A stretch of DNA of 64,000 nt from Ranitomeya imitator (lineage: Eukaryota). Position 1 is the stretch's first letter. Each line of letters begins with the position of its first letter. Of this stretch, positions 13,618 to 26,137 are shown in pieces. Under the pieces are notes generated by a model that saw only the letters and a list, made by a program, of their open reading frames with translations, ran no database searches and was not told the origin of the DNA. The stretch covers positions 128,092,001 to 128,156,000 of the forward strand of contig NC_091282.1 of assembly GCF_032444005.1 (NCBI RefSeq). The letters run 5' to 3'. Made by a program: the position numbers and the translations under genes.

Positions 13618-14896
13618 TGCAGCGCCCCCAGACACAGGGCCACGCGTTTCGGTACCGGGCCTGTCTGGTTCGGTTCTGAGGCTGTCACGGTGGCTAGACC
13701 CAGTCCGCGACCCTGCTAAGGGGCGTCCAATGAAAGTAGTGGAACAGTCTGTCAGAAGTTCGTGACGCCACCTGTGGTGTTCGGTCAGGGTGACCGACCA
13801 TGCTATGGGGTCCGCTGGGGTGATGGAATGGCAGCCGGATGGTATACCTTCCCACAGGTGAAGCATGTCCCCAGGGCTTCCCAGTAAGGTGGATGGTGAT
13901 GGTGTGAGGTGCAGTCAATGACGAGGACACAAGGTTGCAGTCTCTTTACCTCTTTACTGAAGGCTTCAGGATCCTCAATCCAGAGTACGTTTAACAGGGC
14001 TCTCAGAGACCGGCCGGTCCGATGGGCACATCCAGAGTTTCCCTCGTAGATGGAAATCGTTGCCTACCAATAGCGCCTGTGTGTTGTAGTCCTATCCTGC
14101 TGAGCATTCGGAATAATCCTCACAACTGCTGTTCTCGTTCGTTCGTTCTCTACAGCTCTCTCTCTCGTTCTTTGGTTCCAGATGTTACTAGTTTCTAACG
14201 TCCCCCAGGTATGTTTTGGCTAGGACGCCACCCGTATGACGGGAAGGCTTGGAGGTCTTCCGGGACCCTAGAGATGCCCCTCTCCCAATGTTGCCCCCTA
14301 TGTCTTCGTAGGTGTAGTAAGGTAGACAGCCAGCCTATGACTAACTGTCCAGCGGAGTTTGAAGTAAGGCCTGAAGTCAGTTACTCCTACGGTGTTCCGG
14401 CCACCGACTACGTGCCTCAGTAAGATGTTGCCTCTGTCTCTCACGGCACGACTCTTACTGGCTCTCCTTTGTGCTTGATCTCGTTTCCACGTTTTCACAA
14501 TATCCTTCCCTTCGTGTCTCTTTCTTAGGATACCGCCGCAGGGCATGCAGGCGCGGTTCCGTTACGTTCTGTTCTGTTCGCTAGACACCTGCCAGGTTCC
14601 CACGCCTGACAGGGGCCCCCCTGTGCCTTCTTCCTGCAACACCCCCTGCCACGGGATGTTGCCTGGTTCCAACCCAGTCAGCTTCTGACTAACTTCCTCC
14701 CCAGCCCCTAGTTTTACCAGTGTGAGGAGTGGCCCAATAAATAAAGCCTTTTTCTCCCCCTAGTGGCCGTAGTGTGAAGTGTAATGTGTTCTAGTGATAC
14801 CTGGTCAGGAGAACTCCTTAGTGCCATCAGACGTACCGCTACTCCCCTTAGCGGCAGAGTGCCATACTGCAACGACCAGGTCTCTGGGGCGCTGCA
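13618..14896 (-). mobile_element. solo LTR, family A
   Basis: TGCAGCGCCCC...GGGGCGCTGCA inverted termini; 4-bp TSD CATG; reverse complement of the 5456 LTR. Confidence 0.93.
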
Positions 14897-15734
14897 CATG
14901 CAACCTTTATGAAGTGTTAAGATGCCCATGCACCTTAGGTAGTTGCCAGTTTGGCTCAACTGACCATAAAATGGACATAATATATAGCAATGTAAAAATG
15001 ACATTGCTGTTCAAATGTTCCGTCTTATGTTACTTATTTTAACCGCGTCAGGGTTCGAAAACCCTTAAGCAGTTAAAAGAAGTGACATGCTTCTTCCCCT
15101 GGTGGCTTCCGCTAACTCTCTATACTTGAAAGTATAGAGCAAAAGACACTAGCTGTGGCAAAAATAATGACAACACCGCCGACTCTTCCATCAGCTGAGC
15201 ACTTCTGCTTAGTAGTCAGCGTGATCTCCTGTAATGCCCAAGGAGCAACAGAGTTTTAAGATGTTATACCAATGTTTATCTTCGGTTTACTAACTTTTTG
15301 ATGAAAGTCCTGAAGAAGCAATGGCTCAAGATGAACCGAGATCTCATTCTGTGCATGCGCCGCCTCCGGCGGTCATTTTCCTGAAGCCCACCGGCGGGAA
15401 ATCAATGGGAAGAATGGAGACTCTGCTCCTGCCTCTTCACAAACATGTTCTTGAAGCCCAGGGCCCGCAGCCTCGCACCACCGGACAATCCCTCCTCCCA
15501 GCCACACTCCTGCCACCGCCATCTTCCTGCAGCAGCAACCTGGCTTCTTGTGACCCTGTTCAACACAACACCCCCCCCCCCACACCAGTAACCTACATTT
15601 GAACTATAAGATGCACCCCCATTTTCATCCCAAATTTAGGGGGGGAAAGTGCCTCTTATAGTTGGAAAAATAGATTATTTTCTTTTTTATTCTTGAAAAT
15701 TTGTTGGCTGTAGTCTAGAGCATGTTTTGGTTGC

Positions 15735-18700
15735 TGTTATGTAGGCAATCCAGTGACACAGTGTGCCAGCAATCAGAGCACATACAGTGATCTGACAATA
15801 ACCCAAAAACAATAGAACGAGCTCTGAGACGTGGAATCTCTGTAGACCGCAATACCTGAACCTATCCTAACACAACTAAAGGCAGCTGTGGATTGCGCCT
15901 GACACTACCTATGCAAGATAGAAAAACAAGCCTGACTTGCCTCAGAGAAATACCCCAAAGGAAAAGGCAGCCCCCCACATATAATGACTGTTAGCAAGAT
16001 GAAAAGACAAACGTAGGGATGAAATAGATTCAGCAAAGTGAGGCCCGATATTCTAGATAGAGCGAGGATAGCAAAGAGAACTTTGCAGTCTACAAAAAAC
16101 CCTAAAGCAAAAAACCACGCAAAGGGGGCAAAAAGACCCACCGTGCCGAACTAACGGCACGGCGGTACACCCTTTGCGTCTCAGAGCTTCCAGCAAAACG
16201 AAAAGACAAGCTGGACAGAAAAAGTAGCAACAAAAGCAAAGAAGCACTTATCAAAGCAGAGCAGCAGGCCACAGGAAAGATCCAGAAGCTCAGATCCAAC
16301 ACAGGAACATTGACAAGGAGCAAGGAAGGCAGAATCAGGTGGAGTTAAATAACAAAGCAGCCAACGAGCTCACCAGAACACCTGAGGGAGGAAGCTCAGA
16401 AGCTGCAGTACCACTTGTGACCACAGGAGTGAATTCAGCCACAGAATTCACAACAGTACCCCCCCCTTGAGGAGGGGTCACCGAACCCTCACCAGAGCCC
16501 CCAGGCCGACCAGGATGAGCCACATGAAAGGCACGAACAAGATCTGGAGCATGGACATCAGAGGCAAAAACCCAGGAATTATCTTCCTGAGCATAACCCT
16601 TCCATTTAACCAGATACTGGAGTTTCCGTCTAGAAACACGAGAATCCAAATTTTCTCCACAATATACTCCAATTCCCCCTCCACCAAAACCGGGGCAGGA
16701 GGCTCAACAGATGGAACCATAGGTGCCACGTATCTCCGCAACAACGACCTATGGAATACATTATGTATGGAAAAGGAGTCTGGGAGGGTCAGACGAAAAG
16801 ACACAGGATTGAGAATCTCAGAAATCCTATACGGACCAATAAAACGAGGTTTAAATTTAGGAGAGGAAACCTTCATAGGAATATGACGAGAAGATAACCA
16901 AACCAGATCCCCAACACGAAGTCGGGGACCCACACGGCGTCTGCGATTAGCGAAAAGTTGAGCCTTCTCCTGGGACAAGGTCAAATTGTCCACTACCTGA
17001 GTCCAGATCTTCTGCAACCTGTCCACCACAGAATCCACACCAGGACAGTCCGAAGACTCAACCTGTCCTGAAGAGAAACGAGGATGGAACCCAGAATTGC
17101 AGAAAAATGGAGAGACCAAGGTAGCCGAGCTGGCCCGATTATTAAGGGCGAACTCAGCCAACGGCAAAAAGGACACCCAATCATCCTGGTCTGCAGAAAC
17201 AAAACATCTCAGATATGTTTCCAAGGTCTGATTGGTTCGTTCGGTCTGGCCATTAGTCTGAGGATGGAAAGCCGAGGAAAAAGATAGGTCAATGCCCATC
17301 CTACCACAAAAGGCTCGCCAAAACCTTGAAACAAACTGGGAACCTCTGTCAGAAACAATATTCTCAGGAATGCCATGCAAACGAACCACATGCTGGAAGA
17401 ACAAAGGCACCAAATCAGAGGAGGAAGGCAATTTAACCAAGGGCACCAGATGGACCATTTTAGAAAAGCGATCACAGACCACCCAAATGACTGACATCTT
17501 TTGAGAAACGGGAAGGTCAGAAATGAAATCCATCGAAATATGTGTCCAAGGCCTCTTTGGGACCGGCAAGGGCAAAAGCAACCCACTGGCACGTGAACAG
17601 CAGGGCTTAGCCCTAGCACAAATCCCACAGGACTGCACAAAAGTACGTACATCCCGTGACAGAGATGGCTACCAGAAGGATCTAGCCACTAACTCTCTGG
17701 TACCAAAGATTCCAGGATGACCAGCCAACACCGAACAATGAAGTTCAGAGATAACTTTACTAGTCCACCTATCAGGGACGAACAGTTTCTCCGCTGGACA
17801 ACGATCAGGTTTATTCGCCTGAAACTTTTGCAACACTCGCCGCAAATCAGGGGAGATGGCAGACACAATGACTCCTTCCTTGAGGATACTCGCCGGCTCA
17901 GATGAACCCGGAGAGTCGGGCACAAAACTCCTAGACAGAGCATCCGCCTTCACATTTTTAGAGCCCGGAAGGTACGAAATCATAAAATCGAAGCGGGCAA
18001 AAAATAACGACCAACGGGCCTGTCTAGGATTCAAGCGCTTGGCAGACTCGAGATAAGTAAGGTTCTTATGATCAGTCAATACCACCACGCGATGCTTAGC
18101 TCCTTCAAGCCAATGACGCCATTCCTCGAATGCCCACTTCATGGCCAGCAACTCTCGGTTGCCCACATCATAATTACGCTCAGCAGCCGAAAACTTCCTG
18201 GAAAAAAAAAGCACATGGTTTCAACACTGAGCAACCAGAACCTCTCTGTGACAAAACCGCCCCTGCTCCAATCTCAGAAGCATCAACCTCGACCTGGAAC
18301 GGAAGAGAAACATCTGGTTGACACAACACAGGGGCAGAACAAAAACGATGCTTCAACTCCTGAAAAGCTTCCACAGCAGCAGAAGACCAATTAACCAAAT
18401 CAGCACCCTTCTTGGTCAAATCGGTCAATGGCTTGGCAATGCTAGAAAAATTACAGATGAAGCGACGATAAAAATTAGCAAAGCCCAGGAATTTTTGCAG
18501 ACTTTTCAGAGATGTCGGCTGAGTCCAATCCTGGATGGCTTGGACCTTAACCGGATCCATCTCGATAGTAGAAGGGGAAAAGATGAACCCCAAAAATGAA
18601 ACTTTCTGCACACCGAAGAGACACTTTGATCCCTTCACAAACAAAGAATTAGCACGCAGGACCTGGAAAACCATTCTGACCTGCTTCACATGAGAGTCCC

Positions 18701-21384
18701 AATCATCCGAGAAGATCAAAATGTCATCCAAGTAAACAATCAGGAATTTATCCAGATACTCACGGAAGATGTCATGCATAAAAGACTGAAACACAGATGG
18801 AGCATTGGCAAGTCCGAACGGCATCACTAGATACTCAAAATGACCCTCGGGCGTATTAAATGCAGTTTTCCATTCATCTCCTTGCCTGATTCTCACCAGA
18901 TTATACGCACCACGAAGATCTATCTTAGTGAACCAAGTAGCCCCCTTAATCCGAGCAAACAAGTCAGATAACAATGGCAAGGGATACTGAAATTTAACAG
19001 TGATCTTATTAAGAAGGCGGTAATCAATACACGGTCTCAGCGAACCATCCTTCTTGGCTACAAAAAAGAACCCTGCTCCCAGTGGTGATGACGATGGGTG
19101 AATATGTCCCTTCTCCAGGGATTCCTTCACATAACTGCGCATAGCGGCGTGTTCAGGCACGGATAAATTAAATAATCGACCTTTAGGGAATTTACTACCA
19201 GGAATCAAATTGATAGCACAATCACAATCCCTATGCGGAGGTAGGGCATCGGACTTGGGCTCTTCAAATACATCCTGATAATCAGACAAGAACTCTGGGA
19301 CCTCAGAAGGAGTGGATGACGAAATAGACAAAAATGGAACATCACCATGTACCCCCTGACAACCCCAGCTGGATACCGACATAGAGTTCCAATCCAATAC
19401 TGGATTATGGGTTTGCAGCCATGGCAACCCCAACACGACCACATCATGCAGATTATGTAGCACCAGAAAGCGAATAACTTCCTGATGTGCAGGAGCCATG
19501 CACATGGTCAGCTGGGTCCAGTACTGAGGTTTATTCTTGGCCAAAGGTGTAGCATCAATTCCTCTCAACGGAATAGGACACCGCAAAGGCTCCAAGAAAA
19601 ACCCACAACGTTTAGCATAATCCAAATCCATCAGATTCAGGGCAGCGCCTGAATCCACAAACGCCATGACAGAATACGATGACAAAGAGCATATCAAGGT
19701 AATGGACAGAAGGAATTTGGATTGTACAGTACCAATGACGGCAGACCTATCGAACCGCTTAGTGCGCTTAGGACAATCAGAAATAGCATGAGTGGAATCA
19801 CCACAGTAGAAACACAAACCATTCAGACGTCTGTGTTCTTGCCGTTCAACTCTGGTCATAGTCCTATCGCACTGCATAGGCTCAGGTTTAATCTTAGACA
19901 ATACCGCCAAATGGTGCACAGATTTACGCTCGCGCAAGCGTCGACCGATCTGAATGGCCAAAGACATAGACTCATTCAAACCAGCAGGCATAGGAAAACC
20001 CACCATGACATCCTTAAGAGCCTCAGAGAGACCCTTTCTGAACAAAGCTGCCAGCACAGATTCATTCCACAGAGTGAGTACTGACGACTTCCTAAATTTC
20101 TGACAATATACTTCTATATCATCCTGACCCTGGCACAAAGCCAGCAAATTTTTCTCAGCCTGATCCACTGAATTAGGCTCATCGTAAAGCAATCCGAGCG
20201 CCAGGAAAAACGCATTGACATTACTCAATGCAGGGTCTCCTGGCGCAAGAGAAAATGCCCAGTCCTGAGGGTCGCAGCGCAAAAAAGAAATAATAATCAA
20301 AACCTGTTGAATAGGATTACCAGAAGAATGAGGTTTCAAGGCCAGAAATAGCTTACAATTATTTTTGAAATTAAGAAACTTAGTTCTATCACCAAAAAAC
20401 AAATCAGGAATAGGAATTCTTGGTTCTAACATAGATTTCTGATCAATAGTATCTTGAATCCTTTGTACATTTGTAACGAGATTATCCATTGAATTGCACA
20501 GACCCTGAATATCCATGTCCACACCTGTGTCCTGAAACACCCAAATGTCTAGGGGAAAAAAAAGACTGAACACAGAGCTGAGAAAAAAAAATGATGTCAG
20601 AACTTCTTTTTTCCCTCTATTGAGAATCATTAGGTTTGGCTCCTTGTACTGTTATGTAGGCAATCCAGTGACACAGTGTGCCAGCAATCAGAGCACATAC
20701 AGTGATCTGACAATAACCCAAAAACAATAGAACGAGCTCTGAGACGTGGAATCTCTGTAGACCGCAATACCTGAACCTATCCTAACACAACTAAAGGCAG
20801 CTGTGGATTGCGCCTGACACTACCTATGCAACTCGGCACAGCCTGAGGAGCTGACTAGCCTGAAGATAGAAAAACAAGCCTGACTTGCCTCAGAGAAATA
20901 CCCCAAAGGAAAAGGCAGCCCCCCACATATAATGACTGTTAGCAAGATGAAAAGACAAACGTAGGGATGAAATAGATTCAGCAAAGTGAGGCCCGATATT
21001 CTAGATAGAGCGAGGATAGCAAAGAGAACCCTAAAGCAAAAAACCACGCAAAGGGGGCAAAAAGACCCACCGTGCCGAACTAACGGCACGGCGGTACACC
21101 CTTTGCGTCTCAGAGCTTCCAGCAAAACTAAAAGACAAGCTGGACAGAAAAAGTAGCAACAAAAGCAAAGAAGCACTTATCAAAGCAGAGCAGCAGGCCA
21201 CAGGAAAGATCCAGAAGCTCAGATCCAACACTGGAACATTGACAAGGAGCAAGGAAGGCAGAATCAGGTGGAGTTAAATAACAAAGCAGCCAACGAGCTC
21301 ACCAGAACACCTGAGGGAGGAAGCTCAGAAGCTGCAGTACCACTTGTGACCACAGGAGTGAATTCAGCCACAGAATTCACAACA
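15735..21384 (-). mobile_element. full-length family B chromodomain Ty3/Gypsy element, inactivated
   Basis: LTRs 15735-16455 and 20650-21384; PPT beside 16456; 6-bp TSD GGTTGC; gag-pol nearly identical to 26138-30415. Confidence 0.97.
16335..20630 (-). pseudogene. gag-pol with two 1-nt frameshifts (~18205, ~16655) and a TGG>TAG nonsense change (~17670)
   Basis: ORF pieces 18180-20630, 17669-18214, 16478-17638, 16335-16649 align to the intact 1425-aa ORF. Confidence 0.9.
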
Positions 21385-21499
21385 GGTTGCGTTAACCTGG
21401 TTATTGACTGATACCAGGGTGATATTGTATGCTGAAACCATGAGTGTAAATTTACCAAAATCTCTACCAAGTGCTTTACTTGAAATATTAAAAAAAAGT

Positions 21500-21686
21500 T
21501 GCCATAATGACTTTTGGGTTTTCATTGGCTGTAAGCCATGATCATCAACATTAACAGAAATAAGCACTTGAAATAGATCACTTTGTTTGTAATGACTCTA
21601 TATAATATATGAGTTTCACGTTTTGTATTGAAGAACTGAAATAAATTAACTTTTTGATGATATTCTAATTTAGTGAGACGCACCTG
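21500..21686. mobile_element. Tc1-like terminal inverted repeat fragment
   Basis: Ends ...TATTCTAATTTAGTGAGACGCACCTG followed by TA, as in Tc1-like termini; no partner end. Confidence 0.55.
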
Positions 21687-21869
21687 TAACACCCAGTTTG
21701 CAACAAGGGTTCATCAGACCATCCACATCTTCACTTGGGGCACGTTTCCTCTTTGTTGGTAAAAGAAAAAAATATTTTGGTATATCATCATGTATTGACT
21801 ACTGGTAGCTTTACAAAATTACTGTAAAGAATCAATATCCTCTGCTACTCATCCCTGATCTCTATAACC

Positions 21870-24410
21870 AGATATTGGGAATCTAAGGGGATTAAAACAT
21901 TATCCACATAAGAGGAGGAGATGAGTGTAAGACAGCATTTAATACACCTGAGATTCACTATGAATATTGTGTTATGCCTTTTGAGCTAAGTAATGCGCCG
22001 GCTGTTTATCAAAGTGTTGTTAATGATAAATTCAGAGATATAAGTGGTCAATATGTGGCCACCTACTGTATCTAGAAGACATATTGGTTTAGTCACTAGT
22101 TTATAAGTTACACATCTGAAATGTATGAACTGTATGTCATAGATTCAGAGACAATTCTTTATTTGCGAAATTTGAAAAATGTGTTTTCTTTTTTCAAGAT
22201 GTAATGAATGATTGGGTACAACTCAAAACTCTGAAAGCTTTGCAGCACTTTCTTGGGTTTGCTAAATACTATCATAAATACTGTATATTAAAAATGTTTC
22301 CTTGATTGCCAAACCATTGACCTAACTAAGGCACTTGAAACATGATTCTATACCTTCACTGAGTTGCGGAAGTTTAAGGAACATTTTTTATCTGACAGTG
22401 TATTCATCCAATCTCATCTAGATTATCATTTGGTAGTAGAGGAGGATGCCTCAGAAGTTGGAGTTGGAGCAATGTTATCACATGATATAACGTTTCTCTC
22501 TCAACTGTCTGTTTTTGCCCTCTTTTCACACTTCCTTGAATGAGCTAAACATAAAATCAATATTATCATAGACCACACAAATCTCACATATCTGCAATCA
22601 GCCAGAAGGCTTCTTTTCTAAGTTTGATTTTGTGGTGACATATTGACATGATAATAAAAGCATTGAAGCCGATGGGCTCTACCGAAGATTCTGTCCATCT
22701 GAAACTGAGTGCTCTAATGAAATTCCCATTCTAGTTGAGGGTCTAGTTGTGTCTTCTGTTTTCCTCGATCTTGTTGAGGAGCTATGTAGATCACAAGAGT
22801 TGGCTTCTAACAATACCCTTAACCAAGAATTGTTTGCTCCTCTTTAGTTCAAGCTGCGAGTTCTTCAGGAATCCTATGATTTAGTTCTTGCAGGGAATCC
22901 TGGGAATAACAATACTATCTGACTGGTCACCATGAATTTTTGATGGCCAACTATTGTTTGGGATTGCGTGGCATATGTGATCACATGTGAAATCTGTGCC
23001 AGAGCAAAAAAAAAACAAACTCTTTCGGCTGGACTTACTTACTCTTAATAGTCGTTAGACCTACATCTCCATGGACTTCATTACTGACTTACTATTTTCG
23101 GAATAGAAAACTGATATTTGATTGGTGATTGACAGATTCAGCAAACAATGATATTTTTTCCCTCTTACCTAACATCCAAATATTATGTACAGTATGTTAT
23201 TGATCAAAATCATTGTACGCCTTCAATGGCTCCAACTAGTGATGAGTGAGTATACTCATTACTCGACATTTCTCGAGCACGCTCGGGGTTCCTCCAAATA
23301 TTTTTTAGCGCTCGGAGATTTAGATTTTCTTGCCGCAACTGAATGATTTACATCTGTTAGCCAGCATAAGTACATGTGGGGGTTCCCTAGCAACCAGGCA
23401 ACCCCCAAATGTACTTAACAGATGTAAATCATTCAGCTGCGGCAATAAAAACTAAATTTCCGAGCACTAAAAAATACTCGGTGGACCCCCGAGCATGCTC
23501 GAGAAATCTCGAGTAATAAGTATATTCGCTCATCACTAGTTCCAACTGAGGAACTTTGTTAATCTCCAAATTATGTATTAAGATTAATATTGAATTTTCT
23601 TTTTATCTTCTTAGAATCTAAAGACCAATGGTCAGACAGACTGTGCTGATAATATACTCAAGCAATATCTTTGGTTTTATGTCTCTGATCATCAGTCTGA
23701 TTGGGTGGACAATTTTCCTTTAACTGAGTTTGCTATTAACAATAAGTACTAAGTATCTATTAAGATGTCTCCATTCTTCTATAGTCTTGAATAGCATCCT
23801 AATATTGGTTCTTTTTCAGCCACTGAGATGGATACTCCACAGGCCGATTATTCTATCAATAGGTTGAAGCTTATCTAGTCTGAGGTCAAAGAGAACTTGA
23901 TGAGGGCACAGGGTCGACAGACCTCTTCTGTTAATAAGAGGCGGACGGATGGGCCAAGCTTTGGTGTTGGGAACCAGGTGTGCTTATTCACTAAAAGCAT
24001 CAAACTTTAAGTTCTTTCTATTAAGCTAAGGCCCAAACATTTTGGTCCATATGAAATAACTGAGATCATTAACTTTGTAACCTTCCATTTGTATATTTTT
24101 CCTTCCTTTCGGAGACCCAGTTTAATCCACAAATTCCTGCTTAAAGTACACCGCTCATTAGTTCATTCTGTTGGTTATCCTCCTCTAGTGTTGGCCAGAT
24201 GCAGTCTGAAATTAAAAAAATTCTAGATGAGGTAGTGGAAGGCGTCTTACAGTATCATGCATACTGGAAAAGATATGGGTCAGAGGAGAGCTCTTAGGTT
24301 TTGGCAAGTATCATCAATGTCATTCCATCTGTCATTTTCTGCAAAAACTTGCCCTAAGGGTCCAAATACCCCTTTTAAAAGTGGGAGTACAGTAACATGC
24401 ATATTTGAAC
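21870..24410 (+). pseudogene. pol: old, heavily decayed chromovirus-like pol (RT-RH-IN)
   Basis: Fragments such as GDECKTAFNTPEIHYEYCVMPFELSNAPAVYQS, EEDASEVG, SMDFITDL recognisable despite many stops; PPT-like purine run at ~24400. Confidence 0.85.
23237..23538. mobile_element. palindromic MITE (hAT-like) inserted in the decayed integrase
   Basis: TAGTGATGAG...CTCATCACTA TIRs; 8-bp TSD GCTCCAAC/GTTCCAAC (1 mismatch). Confidence 0.8.
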
Positions 24411-26121
24411 TTGCCCCTAATACCTCTGCATCTTTCGCTAGGGGGTGCCGCACTTTCATTGTGGACCAAGTGGGGCGACACAAGAACAGTTTTGTTAGGT
24501 GATTTATGGGACTTGTGGTGATGTCTAGACAGATAAATTTTGGATTAATATTTTAACATTCCTAATCCAACTAGCTCTTTTCTGTGAACCTTTGGCAGGA
24601 CCACACTCAAATTAAACCTTTATCAGCTACTTCTAGCTGCCAGTTATAATTTGCTACTACACTGGTTTATTGCTTTGTCTGTCCATAGTGTTCTGTTTCA
24701 TATGGTGTTTAATTCCTGATCTTGGCTCATATTTTTTTTAATCTGACAACTTTGACGACTTTGTCCTCCTGGTAATAACTTCACTTTATGACTCTTCTCT
24801 CTGCTAGAATCTCCACTGACAAGCAGCTACTCCATGGGTGTAACCCAGGGAGCCCAGTGCAAAACCAGGTCCTGTATAGGGTGAAAACCAGGGTTATCCT
24901 AGGACCTGTTAAACAGAGTGGATTGTGCTATATTGGTCCATGGAAGCCCTATTAAAAGCTGCCAGTCTACCATGAATAGAGCTTCATTACAATAGGTAAA
25001 GATTTCAGTCTCTTTTGGTTGGATTACAAAGTGTTGTACATGAAGCTCAAATGAACAATAGAAGTATTATGTGATAATTAAAAATAAAAATCATTTTTTT
25101 CATAACTGGACTGGATTGTAAAGCCTGCTACTTTATTTGTTACATAAAAGAAAAAGATTTTATAATGGAAAAAAAAAGAAAGAAATATAAGAAATAAAAA
25201 TTGATTAATGGAAAGGATTTGCAGCGCTCCAGAGTCCTGGTCGTTGCAGTGATGTTGTTCTTCCACCAGGGGGAGTGATGTTACGTCTGATGGCACCAAA
25301 GGAGTTCACCCTGCCAGGTATCACAGCCACACACACACTTCACACACTGGCCACCAGGGGGAGCTAAAGGTTCTATCTATTAGGCCACTGTTGGGAATTC
25401 TGTGGTCACAAGTGGTATTGCAGTCTCTGGGCGTCCTCCCTCAGGTGTTTTGGTGAGCTCGTTGGCTGCCTTGCCATTTAGCTCCACCTGAGTCTGTCTT
25501 CCTTGCTCCTTGTCAATGTTCCAGTGTTGGATCTGAGCTACTGCATCTTTCCTTGGGCCTGCTGCTCTGCTAGATAAGTGCTTCTAGTTTGTTTTCTGTT
25601 TGTTTCTGTCCAGCTTGCTATTAACTTTTGCTGGAAGCTCTGAGAAGCAAAGGGGTGCACCGCCGTGCTGTTAGTTCGGCACGGTGGGTCTTTTTTGCCC
25701 CTTTGCGTGGTTTTCGTTTTAGGGTTTTTTGTAGACTGCATAGTTCTCTTTGCTATCCTCGCTCTGTCTAGAATATCGGGCCTCACTTTGCTGAATCTAT
25801 TTCATTCCTACGTTTGTCTTTTCATCTTGCTAACAGTCATTATATGTGGGGGCTGCCTATTCCTTTGGGGTATTTCTCTGAGGTAAGTCAGGCTTGTATT
25901 TCTATCTTCAGGCTAGTCAGCTCCTCAGGCAGTGCCGAGTTGCATAGGTAGTGATAGGCGCAATCCACTGCTGCTTCCAGTTGTGTGAGGACAGTTCAGG
26001 TACTGCAGTCTACAGAGATTCCACGTCTCAGAGCTCGTCCTATTGTTTTGGGTTTTTGCCAGATCTCTGTATGTGCGCTGATTACTGCACGCTGTGTTGC
26101 CTGATTGCCAGCCATAACAGT

Positions 26122-26130
26122 ACAAGGAGC
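26122..26130 (+). promoter_or_regulatory. primer-binding site complementary to the element's own LTR (self-priming type)
   Basis: ACAAGGAGC, 2 nt after the 5' LTR, is the reverse complement of GCTCCTTGT in the LTR ~30 nt downstream of a TATTTA box. Confidence 0.75.
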
Positions 26131-26137
26131 CAATTCA

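Noticed and set aside
13640-13665. GAAACGCGT hammerhead-like motif on the minus strand
   Set aside because: No CUGANGA half or stems; it is ordinary family A LTR sequence
18195-18215. Frameshift in the minus-strand gag-pol as a programmed frameshift
   Set aside because: It is a T9 run absent from the intact copy, lies within RNase H, and is more likely a mutation or homopolymer error
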